Below are positions 1 to 8,808 of a DNA stretch of 48,342 bases, one piece after another (the stretch's first letter is position 1; the number at the start of each line of letters is the position of its first letter). The translations under genes and the position numbers were made by a program. The notes below the pieces were generated by a model. The model did not search any database. It worked only from the letters and a program-made list of their open reading frames with translations, and was not told the origin of the DNA. Source of the DNA: Aeromicrobium choanae (GTDB taxonomy: Bacteria > Actinomycetota > Actinomycetes > Propionibacteriales > Nocardioidaceae); assembly GCA_029265505.1 (NCBI GenBank), contig JAJUII010000001.1, forward strand, positions 1 to 48,342, written 5' to 3'.

Positions 1-285
1 ATCCTCGCCGGCCTCGGCACCCGGCTGGACGCCGTGGTGGCGCTCATCGTCGACGAGGAGGAGCTGATCTCGCGTCTGCTCGAGCGCGCGAAGGTCAGTG
101 GTCGGTCGGACGACACGGAGGAGGTCATCCGGCACCGCCAGGAGGTCTACCGCTCCGAGACCGAGCCGCTGCTGTCCGTCTACCGGGACCGTGGTCTGCT
201 GATCGAGGTCGACGGCGTCGGGACTCCCGACGAGGTCGGACAGCGCATCGCCGACGCGCTCGACGCGCGCCTGCGCGACTCCTGA
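1..285 (+). CDS. adk: Adenylate kinase, C-terminal part (gene starts before the window)
   Basis: Frame open from base 1; [17 protein letters not shown]...TEPLL and EVDGVG motifs; lies directly upstream of map as in the usual secY-adk-map order. Confidence 0.93.
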   Translation: MLAGLGTRLDAVVALIVDEEELISRLLERAKVSGRSDDTEEVIRHRQEVYRSETEPLLSVYRDRGLLIEVDGVGTPDEVGQRIADALDARLRDS

Positions 286-295
286 GCACCCGCCC

Positions 296-1111
296 ATGTT
301 CGGCGGGTCGATCGAGCTCAAGACGCCCGAGCAGCTGGCCACGATGCGTCGGGCCGGCCTCGTCGTCGCCCGGACGCTCCAGCGTCTGCGCGAGGCCGTC
401 GCGCCCGGCGTGACGACCGGCGACCTCGACGCCCTCGCGCGCGAGTGCCTGGCGGCGGAGGGGGCCTCGTCGAACTTCTTGGGCTACCACGGGTTCCCCG
501 GGGTCATCTGCGCCTCGGTCAACGACGAGATCGTGCACGGCATCCCCGGAGACCGCGTGCTGGCGGAGGGGGACCTGATCTCGATCGACTTCGGTGCCGT
601 CGTGGACGGTTGGCACGGAGACGCGGCGATCTCCGTCCAGGTCGGCACGGTCGCGTCCGAGGTCGCCGAGCTCGACCGGGTGACCGAGGAGGCGCTGTGG
701 CGCGGGATCGCGGCCGCCCGGCTCGGCGGTCGCGTCGGCGACATCTCGCACGCGATCGAGTCCTACGTGCGCTCCCAGGGCCGCTACGGCATCACTGAGG
801 GGTTCACCGGTCACGGCATCGGCTCTGAGATGCACCAGGCCCCCGACGTCCCCAACCGCGGCCGGCGCGGGCGCGGCCCCAAGATCGTCGAGGGCATGGC
901 ACTCGCGATCGAGCCGATGATCACGCTCGGCACACATCGGGCCGCGATCCTGGCGGACGAGTGGACCGCGGTGACGACGGACGGCACCTGGGCGGCCCAC
1001 CACGAGCACACGATCACCGTCACGCCCGAGGGCGTGTGGGTGCTCACGGCCCTCGACGGCGGCGCCGCCCGCCTCGCCGAGCTCGGCGTCCCCTGCGCTG
1101 AGCCGGTCTGA
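296..1111 (+). CDS. map: Type I methionine aminopeptidase
   Basis: ICASVNDEIVHGIP, DLISIDFG, GWHGDAA, GHGIG..MH, AIEPM and HHEHT metal-ligand motifs. Confidence 0.96.
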   Translation: MFGGSIELKTPEQLATMRRAGLVVARTLQRLREAVAPGVTTGDLDALARECLAAEGASSNFLGYHGFPGVICASVNDEIVHGIPGDRVLAEGDLISIDFGAVVDGWHGDAAISVQVGTVASEVAELDRVTEEALWRGIAAARLGGRVGDISHAIESYVRSQGRYGITEGFTGHGIGSEMHQAPDVPNRGRRGRGPKIVEGMALAIEPMITLGTHRAAILADEWTAVTTDGTWAAHHEHTITVTPEGVWVLTALDGGAARLAELGVPCAEPV

Positions 1112-1113
1112 CG

Positions 1114-1193
1114 GTTTCCCCGGTTAACCGGGGAAACTGGCACTTCACGAGGAAAGCTTCCCTCGTGAAGTGCCAGAAGACCTCGTGAAGTGC
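1114..1193. repeat. Compound inverted-repeat element after map (possible terminator or REP-like element)
   Basis: Perfect 24-bp palindrome gtttccccggttaaccggggaaac (1114-1137); 16-bp stem ctggcacttcacgagg (1137-1152)/cctcgtgaagtgccag (1161-1176); second copy of cctcgtgaagtgc at 1181-1193. Confidence 0.7.
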
Positions 1194-1254
1194 GCCGCTC
1201 GCCGCTCGCCTGAAACCTCCCGACCGAGCTCGCCGGGAGCCCTATCCTGACCGG

Positions 1255-2688
1255 ATGGGACGAACCAAGGCCGCCTCGGTCGGCGCCGGTCTGGTCGGGG
1301 CGCTGGTCTTCGTGGAGTTCGTCAGTGGATTCCTGCAGGGCTACTACACGCCGCTGGCCACCGACATCGCGCGACACCTGACCATCAACGACGCCGACGT
1401 CAACTGGTTCGAGGCGGCGCAGCTGCTGCTCTCGGCGCTGTGCGTCCCGCCCCTGTCGAAGTTCGGCGACCTGGTGGGTCACCGTCGAGTCCTCCTGTGG
1501 GCCGCGGTGGTCACGGCCGTCGCGACGTGGGGGATCGCGCTTGCGACGACGTTCGAGACGTACCTCGTCTTCTGGGCCCTGCAGGGCGTCTTCACCGTGT
1601 GGCTCCCGCTCGAGGTCGCCCTGATCTACCGGCGCAGCCTCGGACGGCCCGACCGGGCGGCCGCGACCCGGCGCGCGACCGGGATCATCGTCGCCGCGCT
1701 CGAGGCGGGAGCGATCGCCGGGGCGCTCTCGTCGGGGGCCACCTCGGCGGCGTTCGACTCCCTGTGGCTCGTGCTCGCGGTGCCCGCCGTGCTCACGGTC
1801 GGCGTGGTCGCCGTGATCGTCGGCTTCGTCCCCGACGCCCACGAGCGCCAGGCCGGCAGCCTCGACCGTCGGGGACTGGCGTGGATCAGCGCGAGTCTGC
1901 TCATGGTCACCGGAGGGCTGTCCCTCGTACGCCTGTGGGGAGTCGGGTCACCGTGGCCGTGGCTCGCCATCGTCGTTGGCCTGGTCGCGCTGTGGCCGTT
2001 CGTGCGTCATGAGCTGCGCGTACCCGACCCGATCATCGACCTGCGGGTCATGCGCCGTGCCTCCATGTGGCCGGTCCAGTTCACCGCGCTGCTCTTCGGC
2101 GTCAGCGTCCTCGGCGCCCAGATCCCTCTGTCGACGTTCGCGCAGACCGATCCGGCCGAGCACGGGTTCGGGCTCGGGCTGACCGCCTCGACGGTCGCCC
2201 CGATCATCGGCGGCTACGTCTTCTCGATGCTGATCGGCGCGCTGCTGTTCGCCCGGGCCAGCCGGCGCCTCACCCCGAGGAACTGTCTGATCGGAGCCGC
2301 GGGACTGGTCGGGACCGGGTACGGCGCGCTGGTGCCCTGGCACGACACCGTCGTGCAGGTGACGGCCTGCATGGTCGTGGCCGGCCTCGGCTCCGGAGCG
2401 TTGGTCGCGGCGCTGCCGGCGGCCGCCGCGGCCGCGGCGCCGGAGGGACGCACCGCCGTCGCGACCGGCCTGACCAACACCACGAAGACCATCGGGGGCT
2501 CGTTCGCCTCCTGCATCTTCGGCGTCGCTCTCGCGGCGGGCGCGACCCACGCGACCGCCGCCTCGCTGTCGGGCTACTACACGGTGTGGATCCTGTGCTC
2601 GCTCACCGCCTTCGTCGCCGCGGTCGGCCTGACGTTCGTGCCGCGTCTGGCCTTCGCCGATCCCGTCGACGTCGAGCCCGCCCGGTGA
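1255..2688 (+). CDS. MFS transporter (about 14 TM, drug:H+ antiporter-like)
   Basis: 477 aa, many hydrophobic helices, MFS motif A-like SKFGDLVGHRRVLL; TATCCT 6 nt before the ATG. Confidence 0.88.
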   Translation: MGRTKAASVGAGLVGALVFVEFVSGFLQGYYTPLATDIARHLTINDADVNWFEAAQLLLSALCVPPLSKFGDLVGHRRVLLWAAVVTAVATWGIALATTFETYLVFWALQGVFTVWLPLEVALIYRRSLGRPDRAAATRRATGIIVAALEAGAIAGALSSGATSAAFDSLWLVLAVPAVLTVGVVAVIVGFVPDAHERQAGSLDRRGLAWISASLLMVTGGLSLVRLWGVGSPWPWLAIVVGLVALWPFVRHELRVPDPIIDLRVMRRASMWPVQFTALLFGVSVLGAQIPLSTFAQTDPAEHGFGLGLTASTVAPIIGGYVFSMLIGALLFARASRRLTPRNCLIGAAGLVGTGYGALVPWHDTVVQVTACMVVAGLGSGALVAALPAAAAAAAPEGRTAVATGLTNTTKTIGGSFASCIFGVALAAGATHATAASLSGYYTVWILCSLTAFVAAVGLTFVPRLAFADPVDVEPAR

Positions 2689-2751
2689 CGACCGCGACGA
2701 TCCGGCGTCCGATGCTTCCGCTGCGGCCGGGCCCGGGGTTAGCCTGCGAGC

Positions 2752-3161
2752 ATGCAGACGCTGCTGTTCGGCACCGGTCTGGGTCTGTTCCTCGTCGGAC
2801 TGATCACCGGCTTCGCCGTGTCGGCGCTGCGGAACCCGAGAATGGGGCTGACCAGTCACCTCGAGGCGCTGCTCAACGGATCTTCCTCATCGTAGTCGGG
2901 CTGCTGTGGCCGCATGTCGATCTGCCGCGTGGGTGGGAGATCGCCGCCGCCGCTCTGCTGGTCTACGGAGCATGGGTCACCTGGCTGACCACACTGCTCG
3001 CCGCTCTGTGGGGTGCGGGTGGGCCGATGATGCCGCTCGCCGCCTCGGACCGGGTCGGCTCGGCGGCTCAGGAGGCGGTCGTCCAGGCCGGACTCACCAC
3101 CTTGGCGATCGCGGACGTATTGGGTGTGGCGATCGTGCTGTGGGGCATCCTGATCTCGTGA
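2752..3161 (+). pseudogene. Frameshifted small membrane protein, StyC (styrene oxide isomerase)-like; true pseudogene or sequencing error
   Basis: ATG 2752 reads MQTLLFGTGLGLFLVGLITGFAVSALRNPRMGLTSHLEALLNG and stops at 2893-2895; adding one base near 2879 continues as IFLIVVGLLWPHVDL...VLWGILIS to TGA 3161. TAGCCT lies 6 nt upstream of the ATG. Confidence 0.7.
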
Positions 3162-3175
3162 CCACCCACTGCGCG

Positions 3176-4483
3176 ATGACCGCCGCCGAACGCCTGGCCG
3201 AGCTCATCCGGTGCCGCACCGTCTCGGCGGTCGAGGAGCGTGACGAGGCCGAGTTCGTGGCGTTCCGCGCGACGTTCGCCCGCCTCTACCCGAGACTTCA
3301 CGAGCGGCTCGAGTCGACCGTGATCCCCGGCGGCAGCCTGCTGTTCCGGTGGCCGGGTCGGAGCGCGGAGGGCCCGCTGGTCCTGATGGCGCACTACGAC
3401 GTGGTCCCGGCACCGGCCGAGCAGTGGGACCGTGACCCGTTCGCCGGCGTGATCGACGACGGTTTCGTGCACGGCCGCGGTGCGCTCGACGACAAGGGCC
3501 CGCTGGTGTGCATCGCCGAGGCGGTGGAGTCCCTGCTCGCGGAGGAGTTCGTCCCGGCTCGCGACGTCTACCTGTGCTTCGGCGCGGACGAGGAGGTCTT
3601 CGGCCACGGCGCGTCCGACATCGTGGACCGCCTCGAGGCGTCGGGCGTCCGCCCCTGGCTCGTCTCCGACGAGGGCGGCGCGGTCGTCGACGACGCGTTC
3701 CCCGGCGTCTCGGCGCTGACGGCGATGGTCGCGATCGTCGAGAAGGGTACGGTGGACGTCGGCCTGGTGGCCCGGGGCGGGGGAGGCCATGCCTCGACGC
3801 CGGAGCCTGACGGTGCCACCGCGCGCCTGGCGAAGGCCATCGTCCGGATCGAGCGGAATCCCGCCACGCCGCACCTGTCCGAGCCGGTGCTGCAGATGCT
3901 CGAGTCCCTCGCCGATCTGGTGCCCGCGCCGATCGCCCTGGTCTTGCGCAACGCGCGTCGGGCCAACCGACCCGTGGCGGAGTTGTTGGCGCGTCTGGGC
4001 AAGGAGACCTCCGCCATCGCCCGCACGACGATGGCCGTCACCGAACTGCGCGGATCGCCCGCACGCAACGTGCTGGCGACCGAGGCTCGGGCGAACGTCA
4101 ACGTCCGGCTCGCCGTCGGGGACACCCGCGAACGGCTCGTGCGTCGACTCGAGCGGCTGTTGCGCGGACTGGACGTCGAGATCGAGTACGTCGACGGTGA
4201 GGATCCGCCGCGGGTCTCGCGCACGGACAACGACGCCTGGCGCGCTCTCACGGCGGCGATCGAGACGCTCGCCCCGGGGATCCGCGTCGTCCCGTACGTC
4301 CAGACGGGCGGGACGGACTCGCGACACTTCGCGCGGATCAGCGACTCGGTCTACCGCTTCGCACCGCTGAAGATGACCCGCGCCCAGCGCGACTCGATCC
4401 ACGCGCCCAACGAGAAGGTCGCCGTCGACTGGTTGGAGCGGGGGAGCGCATTCCACCGGGCGCTCATCACCTCCCTGCCGTGA
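3176..4483 (+). CDS. M20/M25/M40 family metallopeptidase/amidohydrolase
   Basis: LMAHYDVVP, HGRGALDDKG, DEE, DEGG, GGHAS, GGTDSRHF and IHAPNE motifs; start placed at ATG 3176 (GTG 3158 is an alternative). Confidence 0.9.
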   Translation: MTAAERLAELIRCRTVSAVEERDEAEFVAFRATFARLYPRLHERLESTVIPGGSLLFRWPGRSAEGPLVLMAHYDVVPAPAEQWDRDPFAGVIDDGFVHGRGALDDKGPLVCIAEAVESLLAEEFVPARDVYLCFGADEEVFGHGASDIVDRLEASGVRPWLVSDEGGAVVDDAFPGVSALTAMVAIVEKGTVDVGLVARGGGGHASTPEPDGATARLAKAIVRIERNPATPHLSEPVLQMLESLADLVPAPIALVLRNARRANRPVAELLARLGKETSAIARTTMAVTELRGSPARNVLATEARANVNVRLAVGDTRERLVRRLERLLRGLDVEIEYVDGEDPPRVSRTDNDAWRALTAAIETLAPGIRVVPYVQTGGTDSRHFARISDSVYRFAPLKMTRAQRDSIHAPNEKVAVDWLERGSAFHRALITSLP

Positions 4484-4512
4484 CCACCGTCACGTCTCGC
4501 TAAGGTCGTGCC

Positions 4513-4887
4513 ATGTCAGTCGATCCCACCGGCGCCGATCTGAAGCGCCTGCTCGCCGAGGACCCGGGCGGTCCCGTCGTCATGCTCAACCTGCTCCAGT
4601 ACCGCGAAAGTGGCGTCTCGTCCTACCGTGAGTACACCGAGCGCATCGGTCCGTTCCTGGCGGAGGTGGGCGGGGAGGTCGTCTACGCCGGCAACCTCGA
4701 CACCCCGCTGGTCGCCCCCGACGGCTGGGACTGGGACGCGGTGCTGCTGGTGCGCTATCCGTCCCGGCAGGCGTTCAGCGCGATGGTGGCCAACCCGGAG
4801 TACCAGAAGATCACCGGGCTGCGGACCGCAGCCCTCGACGCCGCGGTGCTCCAGCCGAGCACGCAGTGGGGCCTCGCCGGACACTGA
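4513..4887 (+). CDS. DUF1330-like small alpha/beta protein
   Basis: GPVVMLNLL...Y..Y and WDAVLLVRYPSRQAF..M...PEYQ pattern; TAAGGT 6 nt upstream. Confidence 0.75.
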   Translation: MSVDPTGADLKRLLAEDPGGPVVMLNLLQYRESGVSSYREYTERIGPFLAEVGGEVVYAGNLDTPLVAPDGWDWDAVLLVRYPSRQAFSAMVANPEYQKITGLRTAALDAAVLQPSTQWGLAGH

Positions 4888-5055
4888 CCTCGTCACGGCC
4901 GCGCCGGAGCCGATTTGAGTCCTCGCGGTTCTTCGACGTAGACTTGTGTGTCGGCCTTGTCAGGCTCGCTCTCCCATGCCCTCCCGGCAGCCCCGATCGG
5001 GGCGGAGGACGCGCGTGTTCCGGGCCGATCGGACGAGACGAAGAAGTTGAGGTGT

Positions 5056-5277
5056 ATGGCGAAAAAAGAAGGCGTCATCGAGATGGAGGGCTCGGTCATC
5101 GAAGCCCTGCCCAACGCGATGTTCCGCGTCGAGCTGGCCAACGGCCACAAGGTGCTCGCGCACATCAGCGGCAAGATGCGCCAGCACTACATCCGCATCC
5201 TCCCCGAGGATCGGGTCGTGGTGGAGCTCTCGCCGTATGACCTCAGCCGCGGTCGGATCGTCTACCGCTACAAGTGA
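5056..5277 (+). CDS. infA: Translation initiation factor IF-1
   Basis: [42 protein letters not shown]; 73 aa; gaggtg RBS upstream. Confidence 0.98.
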   Translation: MAKKEGVIEMEGSVIEALPNAMFRVELANGHKVLAHISGKMRQHYIRILPEDRVVVELSPYDLSRGRIVYRYK

Positions 5278-5334
5278 GCACCCCGTAACAACTCCATAAC
5301 CACGTTCAGTTCGTACCGAAGAGAGAGAATCTCG

Positions 5335-5448
5335 ATGAAGGTCAACCCGAGCGTGAAGAAGATCTGTGACAAGTGCAAGGTGATCCGTCGCCACGGCCGC
5401 GTCATGGTGATCTGCGAGAACCCGCGCCACAAGCAGCGCCAGGGCTGA
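5335..5448 (+). CDS. rpmJ: 50S ribosomal protein L36 (zinc-binding form)
   Basis: Not in the ORF track; manual translation [37 protein letters not shown]. Confidence 0.98.
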   Translation: MKVNPSVKKICDKCKVIRRHGRVMVICENPRHKQRQG

Positions 5449-5609
5449 CCAGATTCTTCTTCCGCAGCACCCCTGAACATCCGACGGCTCATCCGCCGCT
5501 CGCCCGAGCGACGGATGCCACCTCCGGCGCAGAGGCCGGAGCCCCATCGAGGCGATGGGGATGCCGCGGATGACCACACCTCTGCCGAACCGAAAGGAAC
5601 TGCCAGAAC

Positions 5610-5978
<369 letters not shown>

Positions 5979-5986
5979 GGTAACCG

Positions 5987-6385
5987 ATGCCCCCCAAGAG
6001 CTCCGGCGCCAAGAAGGTGCGCCGCAAGGAGAAGAAGAACGTCGTTCAGGGCGAGGCCCACATCAAGAGCACGTTCAACAACACGCACGTCACGATCACC
6101 GACCCCAGCGGCGCGGTGATCGCGTGGGCCTCCGGCGGCACCGTCGGATTCAAGGGCTCGCGCAAGTCGACGCCGTACGCCGCCGGCATGGCCGCCGAGG
6201 CCGCCGGTCGTCAGGCCATGGAACACGGCATGAAGAAGGTCGACGTCTACGTCAAGGGTCCGGGCTCGGGCCGCGAGACGGCGATCCGGTCGCTCAGTGG
6301 TATCGGCCTCGAGGTCGGCACCATCTCCGACGTGACCCCCAGCCCGCACAACGGCTGCCGTCCGCCCAAGCACCGTCGTCTCTGA
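5987..6385 (+). CDS. rpsK: 30S ribosomal protein S11
   Basis: [44 protein letters not shown]. Confidence 0.98.
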   Translation: MPPKSSGAKKVRRKEKKNVVQGEAHIKSTFNNTHVTITDPSGAVIAWASGGTVGFKGSRKSTPYAAGMAAEAAGRQAMEHGMKKVDVYVKGPGSGRETAIRSLSGIGLEVGTISDVTPSPHNGCRPPKHRRL

Positions 6386-6413
6386 CGCGTCGACTTCCAA
6401 GGAGTAATCACCC

Positions 6414-7022
6414 ATGGCCCGTTACACCGGACCCCTCACCAAGAAGTCGCGCCGTCTGGGCGTCGACCTCGTCGGTGGGGACAAGGCCTTCGAGCGCCGT
6501 CCGTACGCGCCCGGCCAGCACGGCCGCGCCCGCGTCAAGGAGTCGGAGTACCGTACCCAGCTGCAGGAGAAGCAGAAGGCGCGCTACACCTACGGCGTTC
6601 TGGAGAAGCAGTTCCGCAAGTACTACGAGATCGCCTCGCGCCGTCCCGGCAAGACCGGCGACAACCTGCTGAGCCTGCTCGAGAGCCGTCTCGACAACGT
6701 CGTCTACCGTGCCGGGTTCGCCCGCACGCGGCGTCACGCCCGCCAGCTGGTGACCCACGGTCACTTCCTGGTCAACGGCGTCAAGACGAACATCCCGTCC
6801 TACCAGGTCAGCAAGCACGACATCATCGACGTGCGTCCCAAGAGCCTGGAGATGACGCCGTTCATCGTGGCGCGCGAGACCCATGACCCCGACACCGTGC
6901 CGGCCTGGCTCGACGTGTCGATCGATCGTGGTCGCATCCTGGTCCACCAGAACCCGGTGCGCGAGCAGATCGTCGTCCCGATCCAGGAACAGCTCATCGT
7001 CGAGTTCTACTCGAAGATCTGA
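6414..7022 (+). CDS. rpsD: 30S ribosomal protein S4
   Basis: MARYTGP, LQEKQKAR, LESRLDNVVYRAG, EQLIVEFYSK. Confidence 0.98.
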   Translation: MARYTGPLTKKSRRLGVDLVGGDKAFERRPYAPGQHGRARVKESEYRTQLQEKQKARYTYGVLEKQFRKYYEIASRRPGKTGDNLLSLLESRLDNVVYRAGFARTRRHARQLVTHGHFLVNGVKTNIPSYQVSKHDIIDVRPKSLEMTPFIVARETHDPDTVPAWLDVSIDRGRILVHQNPVREQIVVPIQEQLIVEFYSKI

Positions 7023-7089
7023 TTCGTTCCGCCGTCTGTCCACCAACCCGGCCCTCATATAGCGGTGGGTCCGGAAAGGAAGAAACACC

Positions 7090-8100
7090 ATGCTGATCGC
7101 CCAGCGCCCCGTCCTGACCGAAGAGGTCGTCGACGACAACCGTTCGCGGTTCGTCATCGAGCCTCTGGAGCCGGGATTCGGCTACACCCTCGGCAACTCG
7201 CTGCGTCGCACGCTGCTGTCGTCGATTCCGGGTGCGGCCGTCACCTCGATCAAGATCGACGGTGTCCTGCACGAGTTCTCGACCATCGAGGGCGTGACCG
7301 AGGACGTCACCGAGATCATCCTCAACCTGAAGAACCTGGTCGTCTCCTCGACGATCGACGAGCCGGTCGTGATGTACCTGCGCGCCGAGGGCGCCGGTGA
7401 CGTCACCGCCGCCGCGATCACGCCGCCCGCCGGTGTCGAGATCCACAACCCGGATCTGCACATCGCGACCCTCAACGACAAGGGTCGCCTGGAGATCGAG
7501 CTGGTCGTCGAGCGCGGCCGCGGCTACGTCTCCGCCGTGCAGAACAAGACCGGCGACGAGGAGATCGGCCGCATGCCGATCGACTCGATCTACAGCCCCG
7601 TGCTGAAGGTCACCTACAAGGTCGAGGCGACTCGTGTCGAGCAGCGCACCGACTTCGACAAGCTCATCATCGACGTCGAGACCAAGCCGTCGATCGCTCC
7701 GCGCGACGCGCTCGCGTCCGCCGGGTCGACCCTGGTCGAGCTGTTCGGGCTGGCCCGTGAGCTCAACGTCGAGGCCGAGGGCATCGACATCGGCCCCTCG
7801 CCCGTCGACGAGCAGCTGGCCGCCGACCTGGCCCTGCCGATCGAGGACCTGGACTTCACCGTCCGTTCCTACAACTGCCTCAAGCGCGAGGGCATCCACA
7901 CCGTGGGTGAGCTGATCACGCGCAGCGAGCAGGATCTGCTGGACATCCGCAACTTCGGCTCCAAGTCGATCGACGAGGTCAAGACCAAGCTCGCCGAGCT
8001 CGGTCTGGGTCTCAAGGACAGCGCGTCGGGCTTCGACCCGGCCGCGGTCATCGAGAGCTACGACGAAGACGCCGGTTTCGCCGAGGACGAGCAGTACTGA
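7090..8100 (+). CDS. rpoA: RNA polymerase alpha subunit
   Basis: [42 protein letters not shown]. Confidence 0.99.
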   Translation: MLIAQRPVLTEEVVDDNRSRFVIEPLEPGFGYTLGNSLRRTLLSSIPGAAVTSIKIDGVLHEFSTIEGVTEDVTEIILNLKNLVVSSTIDEPVVMYLRAEGAGDVTAAAITPPAGVEIHNPDLHIATLNDKGRLEIELVVERGRGYVSAVQNKTGDEEIGRMPIDSIYSPVLKVTYKVEATRVEQRTDFDKLIIDVETKPSIAPRDALASAGSTLVELFGLARELNVEAEGIDIGPSPVDEQLAADLALPIEDLDFTVRSYNCLKREGIHTVGELITRSEQDLLDIRNFGSKSIDEVKTKLAELGLGLKDSASGFDPAAVIESYDEDAGFAEDEQY

Positions 8101-8134
8101 GCTGCTCTGACCACACTGATTCAGGAGTAACGAC

Positions 8135-8689
8135 ATGCCCACCCCCACCAAGGGTCCTCGCCTCGGCGGCAGCCCCTCGCACCAGCGGCTGATCCTGGCG
8201 AACCTCGCCACGGCCCTGTTCGAGCACGGCCGCATCACCACGACCGAGGCCAAGGCCAAGCGCCTGCGCCCGTACGCCGAGCAGCTGATCACCAAGGCCA
8301 AGACCGACACGGTGGCCAACCGCCGCCAGGTCGTCAAGGTCATCCGCGACAAGAGCGTGCTGCACACCCTCTTCACGGAGATCGGCCCGGCCATGGCCAC
8401 CCGCCCGGGCGGCTACACCCGCATCACGAAGATCGGTCCGCGCAAGGGCGACAACGCCCCGATGGCCGTCATCGAGATCGTCGAGGGCAAGACCTTCGAG
8501 CCGAAGTCGGAGGCCGCCCCGGCCGCCGAGCCGGTCGAGGAGACCCCCGCGGCCGAGGCTGAGGCCCCCGAGACCGAGGCCGCCGAGGCTGAGGTGACCG
8601 AGGCTCCCGCGGACGAGGCGACCGAGGCTCCGGCCGAGGAGTCGGTGGCCGAGGAGTCGGACGAGTCCGCCGAGGACGAGGCCAAGTAA
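8135..8689 (+). CDS. rplQ: 50S ribosomal protein L17 with acidic Ala/Glu-rich tail
   Basis: [42 protein letters not shown]. Confidence 0.98.
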   Translation: MPTPTKGPRLGGSPSHQRLILANLATALFEHGRITTTEAKAKRLRPYAEQLITKAKTDTVANRRQVVKVIRDKSVLHTLFTEIGPAMATRPGGYTRITKIGPRKGDNAPMAVIEIVEGKTFEPKSEAAPAAEPVEETPAAEAEAPETEAAEAEVTEAPADEATEAPAEESVAEESDESAEDEAK

Positions 8690-8701
8690 GCACCACGCCG
8701 A

Positions 8702-8732
8702 GGGCCCCCACCCGCACCGGGTGGGGGCCTTT
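8702..8732 (+). terminator. Intrinsic terminator of the alpha operon
   Basis: 12-bp stem ggcccccacccg/cgggtgggggcc (8703-8729), 3-nt loop, followed by ttt, just after the rplQ stop. Confidence 0.8.
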
Positions 8733-8808
8733 CGCATCTCGCGGCGTTCGACGCGCGACGATCGCGGGGTACGATCACACCGCCACACGAACTCGGGGAA
8801 GGCCCACC

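Noticed and set aside
2870-2895. Programmed ribosomal frameshift in the StyC-like gene
   Set aside because: No slippery heptamer or obvious stimulatory structure; a 1-nt deletion or sequencing error is simpler.
7045-7075. Weak hairpin around catatagcgg upstream of rpoA
   Set aside because: The pairing is short and imperfect; a regulatory role cannot be supported without alignments.
8500-8689. Short imperfect repeats (gaccgaggc, gccgag) in the rplQ tail
   Set aside because: They encode the low-complexity Ala/Glu/Pro extension common in actinobacterial L17; not an array.
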